DNA from: Macrostomum lignano
Taxonomy: Eukaryota
Direction: 5' to 3'
Assembly: GCA_002269645.1 (NCBI GenBank)
Contig: NIVC01002893.1
Span: 100,335-131,451 of the forward strand
DNA length: 31,117 bases
This document shows positions 1 through 11,018 of this stretch, piece by piece. The stretch's first letter is position 1, and each line of letters opens with the position of its first letter. Made by a program: the position numbers and the translations under genes. The notes under the pieces are model-generated. The model ran no database searches. It was not told the origin of the DNA and saw only the letters and a list, made by a program, of their open reading frames with translations.

Positions 1-102
1 CTGAAATGAAAATATATAGTTAATAAAAAAAGAAAGTAAAAACACATCAAATAAAAGACAACACAATGAAAATAATCATTAAAAATGATAGGAAACACTT
101 AC

Positions 103-231
103 TGAGTGGTAGAATGTAGAACATCTTCAGGGTGAAAAAACAGCTGGTTTGTCAGAGACAGCTCATCAGAAGGCATTTAGCAGCCTCAAATGTTTGTGGT
201 GATTGAGCCATTATCTTTATTGAATATATCT
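103..231 (-). CDS. Probable first coding exon (ATG at 176; MPSDELSLTNQLFFHPEDVLHSTT...) of an unidentified gene continuing past the left edge
   Basis: Minus-strand acceptor TTTTCAG at 232-233 and donor GTAAGT at 102-97. The frame is open from ATG 176 to the donor. A further acceptor (ATTTCATTTCAG) sits at positions 1-2, giving a 102-bp intron. No family recognised. Confidence 0.45.
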
Positions 232-793
232 CTGAAAATTAATGGTTAGATGTATTAGTATGGTATGACATATAGTAGCCTATAGTATACTAATATGGTA
301 TATCCTATAATAATATATAGATTAAGCAAAGCCTGCAGTTATTTAATATTATGCATAGTCAAAGTGACTCAAGGAATATATTGTAAGTCCTAACTATTAA
401 TAAAATAATTTTACATTTTGCCATTTCCTACATTGAATTCTTGATGTTTACCTTTAGAAACTTAAATGCATGCATAAAAAACTAATTTATACCAATAATT
501 TTATTTTCTATAAAACATTTTTATCTTCATAAAAGACTACTATAGTATTAGTAGTAATCATAATAAAGCAAAAATTGTAATCAAACTTTTAAGCCTTGAG
601 CCTTAATATCAAGCCTAAGTGGTTAAGCCCAAAAGCATTATTATCATTATTTTATTTGTTATATATATAGACATAAATAGAAAACTTATTGCATAATAGA
701 AAAAAAATTATACAATAGCAATACTCAATAGCAATCTACAAAACTTAATCCACAAGACTAAATATACATATACTTAAAAACATTATCATTGCC

Positions 794-999
794 CAAGCGC
801 CGCGCCGCAGAACGAGTTTTTGCCAGGGGGGCAGGACCAAGTTTCCGAAACTCAAGCCCAGACCCTGTCTTGGACAATGACCAAAAATTTGAGCAAAATA
901 ATGCTGTTGAACGGTATTTGAGGGGGGGGCAATGCCCCCCTAACTCAATGTCAGGGGGGGGGGCAGCTGCCCCCCTGCCCCCCTGTTCCGTGGCGCCTG
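794..999. mobile_element. 206-bp non-autonomous DNA transposon (MITE), hAT-like
   Basis: Perfect 8-bp direct repeat TCATTGCC at 786-793 and 1000-1007. Imperfect TIRs CAAGCGC(CGCGC)CGCAGAAC / CAGGCGCCACGGAAC. Internal GGGGGGCAATGCCCCC and GGGGGCAGCTGCCCCC palindromes. An 8-bp TSD with CAG/CAA ends is typical of hAT. Confidence 0.85.
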
Positions 1000-1293
1000 T
1001 CATTGCCATGTTATTATCATTGAAAACTACCAATCTAGACCTAGCACCTAGACTGAATGGTGTAAGACCAAGACCACCACACACCAAGACTGCCACACTT
1101 GGGAGCTAGGAGAGGAATTTGGCTCAATGTGTTATTAAATGGTGCGAGAGAGAAGATAAGTAGGTAGGAGAGCCAGCAGGACAAGCCTGCGAGAGAAACC
1201 TATGACTAAGCCTATATAGATTAGTATATAGGAAATAGGTTTATGTCATTTAACAAAGTTTAAAATTTCAATGCCTTTATGTCAATGATACAC

Positions 1294-1325
<32 letters not shown>
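1294..1325. repeat. (AAT)n microsatellite
   Basis: About 10 AAT units, read directly. Confidence 0.9.
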
Positions 1326-1980
1326 GCAATAATATTGCTCTATCAAAGGCCTTAAATTTAGAATAATAATGCCAATGACGCCTACCGTTTGTACTAGAAC
1401 ACAAAAAGGGAACTTCCCTTATTCACTTATCGAGTTTAAGTACGATTTTTTGGTTCCCTGTAATACGACACTAAAATTTATAGGCTGTGTGGAACACGTT
1501 TAAATCTGTGACCCCACGCGAAAACGTAAAATTTCTGATATTTTTTATTTTACAGAACTTTTATATTATAAATTTTTACAGCTTAGCAGAATTTTCAAGT
1601 ATCTCATAGAAAATTTAAATAGTGTCTTAATTTATACAGCCAGTTTGTTAAGATTTTTGTGATGAATAAAAAATCGTTTTTTCTAGGAAACCTTCGTCTT
1701 CGCCGAGCAATTATCCTGAGCAAACTGAGCTGGCTTTCAGAATCTTTTGAAGACAATCTATTAGTCTGCTACTATTTTCATGCGTGCAATGTTAGAGAAT
1801 TGAAAGGCCGAACTAAACTGAGCCCTTTAAGGCATTATCGTTGCTCAACCGTTGAATCGATCGCAGTCCATGGCCAAGTTATATTCGCTCACTGTTTAAA
1901 GAAGACCGCAAAATTCAATAGACATCGTACTAAAAAATAGACTTTAGAATAGCGTAGCGTGAAGTAGTAAATACTCTTAC

Positions 1981-2165
1981 CTGGCAATACTATGCATACA
2001 GAGTGATTACGATCATAGCTTGTACATGCAAAAAGGGCCGGCTATGCATGTCACAGACAGCAGACATGCAATTAAACGCTTGCGAGGCACGTCTGCACGC
2101 AATCGATGTACAGATTGTACAGATCGAGTTGCATAAGAGTGCATCCATGTAACGCACACTCAACC
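1981..2165 (-). other. Possible 5' (UTR) exon of the left-edge gene
   Basis: Strong donor CCAG|GTAAGAG at 1981/1980, candidate acceptor GATCAG near 2165, higher GC than the flanks. Upstream boundary uncertain. Confidence 0.3.
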
Positions 2166-2855
2166 TGATCAGCCGGCCAATGCTAAAACTGACTAATACC
2201 GGGACGCCGCGATGTTTTACTTATATAGGTAGGATCATGTTTTTTGAGAGCGTTTATGATGCAAGATACAATTGCATCCGTAGATGATTAAATTTAAATA
2301 ATGCAAGCAAAAACAAGCCAAGCATTAGCTTAAAAGTACAGTGTTTATACATAAAAAGTTAATTATTTTAACCCAGAGAATGGTTAATTAAATTGTTGCA
2401 CTTTTATTTGATGCGAAATGAAATTCAGTGAAACAAACAAGGAAAACTCGTCGTGTGCCGAGCTGGTATCAAAGGAGAATTTAATGGTTTCAATGAAGCT
2501 ATAATACAGTTTTCAGATAGGAAAACAAACTGGTTTTAACTACAGTATGTACAAGTCAAGGACGTACAAAAGTAGACAACCGGGGAGCCGCTTCTTAAGC
2601 TTCTTCACACGCCGTCGAGATTCCAACTTCAAATGCTCTTACATTTTAAAGTGACTTGCCTGCTAAGCTTTCTTAGAATGAGACTTTAAGCGTAAAATCG
2701 GCCTTCAAAAGAATTCTAAGAAACGACTTATACCCCAGGCTTTCTACTTGCAAGTTGCACTTAATAGGAATACAATTCAAACGCACAAAGGGGAGATTAT
2801 TAACTAGAGACGCGGGACAGCAAAGACTGAGGAGCATCAGACATTGGCCGGCCGC

Positions 2856-3464
2856 TCACAGCAGCGCCTTGTGCCGGGTCTCGAACGCTTCCAGCTCGCG
2901 CACAATCTTGGCCCGCTCGCGGAGCGCCTTCCAAGCGGCGTCGCGGTCCTTCTTTAACGGCTGGCGTCGCTTCTGCCGGTAGGCCTGCAGCCTGGCGTGC
3001 GCCTCCACCACGTCGGCGTCGGCCACAGCCAGGCGACGCCGGATGGCCTGCCGCTGCGTGTCCAGCTTGGCCGCCGCGTACAGCCGCCGCAGCGTGGCCC
3101 TGTTGAAGTCGCACAGTCGGCGAAGCTCGCGCTGCCGTCCGCGCAGCGCCGTGGCCACCTCGTCGTCCGGATCGGCCGAGGCCGAGGATGAGGAAGTCAA
3201 CTGGGCGGCCGCGGCGGCTGCGGCGGCGGCAGCTTCAGCGGCGGCGGCTGCGGCCACCGCGCCCTCTGAGTCGCTTTCAGCGCCGGCTCCTCCAGCGCTG
3301 GCGGCGCCGCTGGCGGCCCCGGCAGCTGCGAGCCTGCCGGGCGAGACGCCGTGCCGTTCGAGCTGCTTGCGGAGCCGGCGCTCCAGCTTGCAGCTGTTGG
3401 AAACCCCCAGCAGTTTGGCCAGCTGCTTGGTTGGCAGCGCGGCGAGCTGCGCTGTCTGCTGCAT
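2856..3464 (-). CDS. TADA3: Transcriptional adapter 3 (SAGA/ATAC HAT module), last exon
   Basis: DDEVATALRGRQRELRRL...RRRLAVADADVVEAHARLQAYRQKRRQPLKKDRDAAWKALRER matches the Ada3 C-terminus (human DEVLAELRKRQAELKAL...KKRTPTKKEKDQAWKTLKER). Acceptor CCGCAG|ATG is phase 0; the exact acceptor is less certain. Stop TGA at 2856-2858. Confidence 0.9.
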   Translation of the reverse strand: MQQTAQLAALPTKQLAKLLGVSNSCKLERRLRKQLERHGVSPGRLAAAGAASGAASAGGAGAESDSEGAVAAAAAAEAAAAAAAAAAQLTSSSSASADPDDEVATALRGRQRELRRLCDFNRATLRRLYAAAKLDTQRQAIRRRLAVADADVVEAHARLQAYRQKRRQPLKKDRDAAWKALRERAKIVRELEAFETRHKALL

Positions 3465-3494
3465 CTGCGGTGCGGCGAGATGAGGCTTTGATGG

Positions 3495-4100
3495 CCTGAA
3501 CTCCTTACTGACACAGTCCTGAACTCAATACTGACACAGTCCTGAACTCCCTACTGACACAGTCCTGAACTCACTACTGACACAGTCCTGAACTCAATAC
3601 TGACACAGTCCTGAACTCACTACTGACACAGTCCTGAACTCACTACTGACACAGTCCTGAACTCCCTACTGACACAGTCCTGAACTCACTACTAACACAG
3701 TCCTGAACTCAATACTGACACAGTCCTGAACTCACTACTGACACAGTCCTGAACTCACTACTGACACAGTCCTGAACTACCTACTGATACAGTCCTGAAC
3801 TCACTGCTGACACAGTCCTGAACACCCTACTGACACAGTCCTGAACTCACTACTGACACAGTCCTGAACTCACTACTGACACAGTCCTGAACTCACTACT
3901 GACAAAGTCCTGAACTCAATACTAACACAGTCCTGAACTCACTACTGACAAAGTCCTGAACTCACTACTGACACAGTCCTGAACTCACTACTGACAAAGT
4001 CCTGAACTCACTACTGACACAGTCCTGAACTCACTACTGACACAGTCCTGAACTCACTACTGACACAGTCCTGAACTCACTACTGACAGACCAAACTCAA
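3495..4100. repeat. 23-bp intronic minisatellite (CTGACACAGTCCTGAACTCACTA)n, about 26 copies
   Basis: Tandem periodicity seen directly; fills TADA3 intron 3465-4127. Confidence 0.95.
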
Positions 4101-4127
4101 TACTGACAGCACAGCAGCCGGTCTCAC

Positions 4128-4951
4128 CAGTCCAGGATCGTCAGTGTCGGTCAGGGTCTCCGACTTGCAGACTCCGCTGTCTTCATCGTCATTGGCCACC
4201 AGAGCGGCCACCAGCTGCTGAGCCAGCGGCCCCAAACCGCCCGCATCGGCGCCGGCGCCAGAGTCCGCGCTGCCCAATGGCGTCGAATCGACGCAAATCT
4301 CGGCCTGCAGGCGCATCATGAGAGCGGCGCCATTGTCGCCAGCCGACTGTTGCTGGGAAGAATCGGAGGTTGGCAGCAATCCAGCGTCGATCTCGCCGCC
4401 ATGTTCGGCAATGGCGCCGTTACGACCATTTTTGCCGTTGCTGCTGTTGCTGCTGCTGCTGCTAATGCCGTTGAAGCCGCTGGCCGACTTCGACTCGCCG
4501 TTGCTGGCGACCTCGGCGGCGGCCGAGTTAGGCAGCGGCGGCATCCGGAAAAAGCCGGAGTCTTCGCCGATCTCGTACGATCGAATTAGCAGCTCCAGCG
4601 AGTGCAGATTGTCCTCCGTGATCTCGGCGCAGTACGGCTCCATCAGGGCCCAGAATTTGTTCGGCACCTCGTAGAGACCCGGCGGTGCGTCAGCCTGCTG
4701 CTGAGGTGTCGCCGACTCCGCCGCCGAGTCGGAATTAGCCGAAGCTCCAGCAGGTGCAGAAGCAGCAGCCGCAGCGACAGCAGCCGCCTTGTTCTTCCGC
4801 TGCTGATAGACACCGCCTGGTCGGAGCGGCTTGTTGTTTCCTGGAAAAGCGGCCACCGCGGCGGCGGCCGCGGCTCGTTTAGCCGGCGGCGCCAGAACTT
4901 CATCGGCAGACAGAGGACTGGCTGAGGCGTCGGCAGCGGCTGCGGCACCTG
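4128..4951 (-). CDS. TADA3: TADA3 middle exon
   Basis: VPNKFWALMEPYCAEITEDNLHSLELL...RMPPL and GLGPLAQQLVAALV match Ada3 (human APNRFWASVEPYCADIT...KIPPL; ALTQRLLQALV). NAGNAG acceptor at 4951/4948 (phase 1). Donor CTG|GTGAGA at 4128 (phase 0). Confidence 0.9.
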
Positions 4952-4982
4952 CTGAAGTGTTGCGCTTTTTTTATCACCTTCA

Positions 4983-6038
4983 GATCTATCCTTCGGATCC
5001 GTCCTTCTTATCTATCCGTCCGTCTATCTATCCGTCCTTCGGATCTATCCGTCTATCCGTCCGTTTATCTATCCGTCCTTCGGATCTATCCTTCGGATCT
5101 ACCCTTTGGATCTATTATTCGGATCTACCCTTCGGATCTATCCTTCGGATCTACCCTTCGGATCTATCCTTCGGATCTATCCTTCGTATCCTTCGGATCT
5201 ATCCTTCGGATCTATCCTTCGGATCTATCCTTCGGATCTATCCTTCGGATCTATCCTTCGGATCTATCCTTCGGATCTATCCTTCGGATCTATCCTTCGG
5301 ATCTATCCTTCGGATCTATCCTTCGGATCTATCCTTCGGATCTATCCTTCGGATCTATCCTTCGGATCTATCCTTCGGATCTATCCTTCGGATCTATCCT
5401 TCGGATCTATCCTTCGGATCTATCCTTCGGATCTATCCTTCGGATCTATCCTTCGGATCTATCCTTCGGATCTATCCTTCGGATCTATCCTTCGGATCTA
5501 TCCTTCGGATCTATCCTTCGGATCTATCCTTCGGATCTATCCTTCGGATCTATCCTTCGGATCTATCCTTCGGATCTATCCTTCGGATCTATCCTTCGGA
5601 TCTATCCTTCGGATCTATCCTTCGGATCTATCCTTCGGATCTATCCTTCGGATCTATCCTTCGGATCTATCCTTCGGATCTATCCTTCGGATCTATCCTT
5701 CGGATCTATCCTTCGGATCTATCCTTCGGATCTATCCTTCGGATCTATCCTTCGGATCTATCCTTCGGATCTATCCTTCGGATCTATCCTTCGGATCTAT
5801 CCTTCGGATCTATCCTTCGGATCTATCCTTCGGATCTATCCTTCGGATCTATCCTTCGGATCTATCCTTCGGATCTATCCTTCGGATCTATCCTTCGGAT
5901 CTATCCTTCGGATCTATCCTTCGGATCTATCCTTCGGATCTATCCTTCGGATCTATCCTTCGGATCTATCCTTCGGATCTATCCTTCGGATCTATCCTTC
6001 GGATCTATCCTTCGGATCTATCCTTCGGATCTATCCTT
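4983..6038. repeat. 13-bp intronic minisatellite (GGATCTATCCTTC)n, over 70 near-perfect copies
   Basis: Seen directly; degenerate at the left edge, homogeneous from about 5160. Confidence 0.97.
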
Positions 6039-6193
6039 TAAATCTTTAGCAGTCAGCTAGGACCTGCGGCTTATCATACTAGACTGTATCAGAATTCCCA
6101 CTTAGGAGTAGAACAATTGGAACATCGTGTCACAGTTTTTATTTCAAAGCTGGCAACAAAAACTGAGCCCTGAGCTATTTCTCGTTGTCTCAC

Positions 6194-6515
6194 CGTCAGC
6201 GCTTGTCGAGTCCTCGCGACGCCGCTTCAAGGAGATGGTCAGAGCCAGCGGCTTGCCGGGAACTGACTTGACCACGGCCGCTCCCGGCAGCCATTCTGAC
6301 TTGTTCGACCGGGTGATCAGGCCGCCAGGCAGTGGGGTGCCGCTGATCTCCGCGGCAAGCAGGAAGCTGCGCTTGTTCACATTGGCTAGCAGGGTCTCAG
6401 CCTCCCACTGCAGCCGGTCAATGTCCTCCGGCCGGACAGCTGGCCGGCTCAGCAGGGCAGCGATGCCTGGACACTCGGACTCCAGCGTCACCGACGGCAG
6501 CCACAGCGGGGACAT
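6194..6515 (-). CDS. TADA3: TADA3 first recognisable coding exon (start uncertain; may extend to about 6575 with an upstream exon)
   Basis: CPGIAALLSRPAVRPEDIDRLQWEAETLLANVNKRSFLLAAE matches the Ada3 N-terminus (CPRYTAVL...IEELDTLQLELETLLSSASRRLRVLEAE). Donor GACG|GTGAGA (phase 1) matches the next exon. The three exons total 1755 nt (584 aa). Confidence 0.85.
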
Positions 6516-6616
6516 TGTTGAGTCGGCCGCCGTCTGCCCGCCTCTGTGCGACTGACCGCTCTTGGACTTCGACTGCGGGCATGATGCAGCGATGAAGATG
6601 GCAGATATCTCAGAGA

Positions 6617-7205
6617 ATTCCCATAGACACTGCCTAACAATTCCCATAGACACTGCCTAACAATTCCTATAGACACTGTCTAACAATTCCCATAGACACT
6701 GCCTAACAATTCCTATAGACACTGTCTAACAATTCCCATAGACACTTTCTAACAATTCCTATAGACACTGTCTAACAATTCCCATAGACACCGCCTAACA
6801 ATTCCCACAGACAAATCTTAACAATTCCCATAGACACTGCCTAACAATTCACATATACACCGCCTAACAATTCCCATAGACAAATCTTAACAATTCACAT
6901 AGACAAATCTTAACAATTCCCATAGACAAATCTTAAGAATTCCCATAGACACTGACTAACAATTCCCATAGACACTGACTAACAATTCCCATAGACACTG
7001 ACTAACAATTCCCATAGACACTGACTAACAATTCCCATAGACACTGACTAACAATTCCCATAGACACTGACTAACAATTCCCATAGACACTGCCTAACAA
7101 TTCCCATAGACAAATCTTAACAATTCCCATAGACACTGACTAACAATTCCCATAGACACTGACTAACAATTCCCATAGACACTGACTAACAATTCCAATA
7201 GACAT
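6617..7205. repeat. 23-bp minisatellite (AACAATTCCCATAGACACTGCCT)n, block 1
   Basis: Seen directly; variant units CACTGACT and CAAATCTT. Confidence 0.95.
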
Positions 7206-7881
7206 CAACAAGAACTTCCAGAGACAACACCAAACATTCCCCATAGACATCCACTAACTAGATAGACACCCAAAGCCCATTCCTCTAGCTTACTAACAGT
7301 AGTGAAATCTAACACTGCAGCATTTTTATGACAAAAAACAGCCTGTAGGACGCATTATACATGGCGCAATGAAGCAATCTATGCAGCCGCCACACCTGTA
7401 TGCGTCCGGCATCTTGAAAACACCTGCTATCCATTTTTCAGATCGGTGTTCGCCTACTGTAAGCTGGTTGCCGAGCAGTTCTATAGTCAATTTCATTGCA
7501 AAGTTATAAATGCACTTGACTATGAATGCATTTGGCAAACCAGCTATAAAGACGATAGTTTAAAACTTAAAACTTTCTAAATCACATCATATCTGTTATT
7601 AAAGATAATACAATGAAAAAGCCAAACTATTATTTCAGGAAAAAGAAGACTAAATAAAATAAATTTAAAATGAAACCGTCTATATTTCTGCTTTAGCAAA
7701 AGAAAACAATGCAAAGGTTTGGTGCAAAAAGTGGTGGGGGGAATTCGATAAATCTTTAAGGCTTAGATAAAAAATACAATATCATTGTGCTACTAACAGT
7801 AGCATGTACGGACTTCAAGCCAGTTTGGAACTAAAACATGCAGTTGGCTTATCAAGTTTCTGATAAGAGATGTTTCTGATA

Positions 7882-8345
7882 TTCCCATAGACACCCATAA
7901 CAATTCCCATAGACACCCATAACAATTCCCATAGACACCCATAACAATTCCCATAGACACCCATAACAATTCCCATAGACACCGCCAAACCATCATCATA
8001 GACAATGCCAAACAATTCCCAGAGACACTGCCTAACAATTCCCAGAGACACTGCCTAACAATTCCCATAGACACTGCCTAACAATTCCCATAGACAATGC
8101 CAAACAATTCCCATAGACACTGTCTAACAATTCCCATAGACACTGCCTAACAATTCCCATAGACACCGCCAAACAATTCCCATAGACACCGCCAAACAAT
8201 TCCTATAGACACTGCCCAATAATTCCCATAGACACTGCCCAATAATTCCTATAGACACTGCCTAACAATTCCCACAAACACCGCTTGAAAATTCATTTAG
8301 ACCTAACAATTTTCATAGCCAATGTCTAACAATTCCCAGAGACAC
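7882..8345. repeat. Same 23-bp minisatellite family, block 2
   Basis: Same consensus as 6617-7205, separated from it by about 680 bp of unique sequence. Confidence 0.93.
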
Positions 8346-9134
8346 CGCCTAGACAGATTACAATGCGTATTCTGTATTCACTTTCAGCTACTACTGTTAG
8401 TAAAGAAAAACTTATGATAACAAGTGGGTACAAACTTACAATCAAAATACATACATAGCTACTGATATAAAAGGGCAGTAGTAATTCGAGGTTATTAAAC
8501 AGCTTTTTGAGGAGCTAGGAAGGCAAAAAAATTCCAAATTATCAGCAGTTAGCACACGAACTCTAGTATGTGGCAGCAACATCTTGAGCACAGGGTACAA
8601 TATCATCCCAAAAAACAACAAAAATTGATTGTAAAAAAAGGTCGTCAAGTCAAAAAGTAAACCGATTAGGGGAAAAACTAGAGCATTGAAAAAAGAAGGC
8701 ACAATATGCATATAGGCTTCAGATAAGGATAAATCTCTATCTATATTCTATATATAGAAATCTAAATGGTAAAACAGAGAATAGCAAAGAAAGCTACTGA
8801 CAGGGTAGATCTGCAGCAATTCTGTCTAGATGACACCCGGTCGTCGCAAGTATGTGACAAAAACAATTTGAAAATTTAAAAAATAAATCAGAAAGCCGAT
8901 GATTACCAGCTAAAAACAAAGTAAGCTAAGATACTACATACAAAACATTAAATAATATAAAAACTCTGATTGATGGCTGCATGTCTATACAGATGATGCA
9001 AGGCTTGTGGGCGTGACCGATCCAAACAAGTGCACTGGGTAACTTTTAGTAAGCAACAGATGAACTGGTAGATTGATAGCATTCATTTTGGCTGGTTGGG
9101 GAGCGGTAGATACAGCATAAAGGTAGAAAAGTTG

Positions 9135-9414
9135 AGGGTAGCTGGGTAGATTAGAATGTAGCTGGGTAGATTAGAAGGTAGCTGGGTAGATTAGAGAGTA
9201 GCTGAGTAGATTAGAGAGTAGCTGAGTAGATTAGAAGGTAGCTGGGTAGATTAGAAGGTAGCTGGGTAGATTAGAGAGTAGCTGAGTAGATTAGAGAGTA
9301 GCTGAGTAGATTAGAAGGTAGCTGGGTAGATTAGAAGGTAGCTGGGTAGATTAGAGAGTAGCTGAGTAGATTAGAAGGTAGCTGGGTAGATTAGAGAGTA
9401 GCTGAGTAGATTAA
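9135..9414. repeat. 20-bp minisatellite (GTAGCTG[G/A]GTAGATTAGA[AG/GA])n, about 14 copies
   Basis: Seen directly; two alternating unit types. Confidence 0.93.
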
Positions 9415-9440
9415 AGATATAAGAATAGACATTAAACATA

Positions 9441-9682
9441 AGCAGCTGAGCACAGGCCAGACAGCAGCTGAGCACAGGCCAGACAGCAGCTGAGCACAAG
9501 CCAGACAGCAGCTGAGCACAGGCCAGACAGCAGCTGAGTACAGGCCAGACAGCAGCTGAGCACAGGCCAGACAGCAGCTGAGCACAGGCCAGACAGCAGC
9601 TGAGTACAGGCCAGACAGCAGCTGAGCACAGGCCAGACAGCAGCTGAGCACAGGCCAGACAGCAGCTGAGCACAGGCCAGAC
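9441..9682. repeat. 22-bp minisatellite (CAGCTGAGCACAGGCCAGACAG)n, about 11 copies, just 3' of the ASB stop codon
   Basis: Seen directly. Confidence 0.93.
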
Positions 9683-9691
9683 AACACCCAG

Positions 9692-10112
9692 CTACTCCGG
9701 CCAAGGCCAGGCCGGCAGTCCCAGGCAGAGGAAGTCGCGCAGCCTGCAGGGCAGCCAATTAGCGGTCTGCCTGGCCGCTGTCGGGCCGAGCTGCCGCAGT
9801 CGGCGCCAGACGGCTCGCCTGGCCAACGCAGTCAGCTGCTCCGGCCGCTGCCCCGCAGCCGTGGCGGCCGTCCACGCGGCCAGAGGCGCTTGGCCAGTCG
9901 ACATCGGCCGAGGCGGAGCGGCGCCGAAAGCGAGCAGAACTTCGGCAACTCGGCAGTGGCCGCGAGAGCAGGCAACCGCCAGCGGCGTTTCGGCGGCTGG
10001 ACCGCAGCGGCAGCGGCAGCGGGCCTCCAGATCGGCGCCGGCGCTGGCCAGCAGGATGGCCGCCTCCGGCTGGTTGTGCGCGGACGCATAGTGCAGCGGC
10101 GAGCCCAACCGG
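9692..10112 (-). CDS. Ankyrin-repeat and SOCS-box protein (ASB family), last exon
   Basis: Ankyrin repeats GSPLHYASAHNQPEAAILLASAGAD and ETPLAVACSRGHCRVAEVLLAFGA. C-terminal SOCS-box-like PEQLTALARRAVWRRL...LPCRLRDFL. Acceptor TTCCCACAG at 10113-10114, phase 2. Confidence 0.88.
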
Positions 10113-10361
10113 CTGTGGGAATCCAGCAGCGGAGGAAAGGGCTATGGCATGTTTTTATAGCCCACTACAAATTATTCCATCAATACGCTTACACTGCCGC
10201 TGTCAGTGGCAAAGAACACTTTTGATCCAATTTCTTTAACGACCGTATGGTTTTTTGTGCAGTTTTTTGGTGATGTACTTTTACTGAAAAACTCTAGCCG
10301 TCAAAAACATTTCTTAGAAATATCAATAATAATCGCCCGGTTTGGCAAATGACCTGCCCCA

Positions 10362-11018
10362 AGCCTCACCTGTCCGCCCCTAAGCCTCACCTGTCCGCTC
10401 CTAAGCCTCACCTGTCCGCTCCTAGGCCTCACCTGTCCGCTCCTAAGCCTCAACTGTCCGCTCCTAGGCCTCACCTGTCCGCTCCTAAGCCCACCACCTC
10501 AAGCCTCACCTGCCCACCACCTCAAGCCTCACCTGCCCACCACCTCAAGCCTCACCTGCCCACCACCTCAAGCCTCACCTGCCCACCACCTCAAGCCTCA
10601 CCTGCCCACCACCTCAAGCCTCACCTGCCCACCACCTCAAGCCTCACCTGCCCACCACCTCAAGCCTCACCTGCCCACCACCTCAAGCCTCACCTGCCCA
10701 CCACCTCAAGCCTCACCTGCCCACCACCTCAAGCCTCACCTGCCCACCACCTCAAGCCTCACCTGCCCACCACCTCAAGCCTGACCTGCCCACCACCTCA
10801 AGCCTCACCTGCCCACCAACTCAAGCCTCACCTGCCCACCACCTCAAGCCTCACCTGCCCACCACCTCAAGCCTCACCTGCCCACCACCTCAAGCCTCAC
10901 ATGCCCACCACCTCAAGCCTCACATGCCCACCACCTCAAGCCTCACCTGCCCACCACCTCAAGCCTCACCTGCCCACCACCTCAAGCCTCACCTGCCCAC
11001 CACCTCAAGCCTCACCTG
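10362..11018. repeat. 21/23-bp intronic minisatellite (sense: GTGAGGCTTGAGGTGGTGGGCAG and GTGAGGCTTAGGAGCGGACAG), about 29 copies
   Basis: Seen directly; begins exactly at the exon-intron junction at 11016/11015. Confidence 0.95.

Noticed and set aside
160-172. CTGATGAG (minus strand) as a hammerhead ribozyme core
   Set aside because: No GAAA core or stem pairing at the required spacing; lies in a probable coding exon.
1490-1832. Segment ending CCCTTTAA suggesting a TTAA-targeting transposon end
   Set aside because: No matching opposite terminus or TSD found.
1970-1990. TACTCTTACCTGGCA resembling the U1 snRNA 5' end
   Set aside because: It is the reverse complement of a splice donor (CCAG|GTAAGAG); no U1 body follows.
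2997-4925. Overlapping plus-strand Ala/Arg-rich ORFs
   Set aside because: Antisense shadows of GC-rich TADA3 exons.
4831-6060. 409-aa and 311-aa plus-strand ORFs (SDLSFGSILRIYP repeats)
   Set aside because: Translation of a stop-free 13-bp tandem array, antisense to a TADA3 intron.
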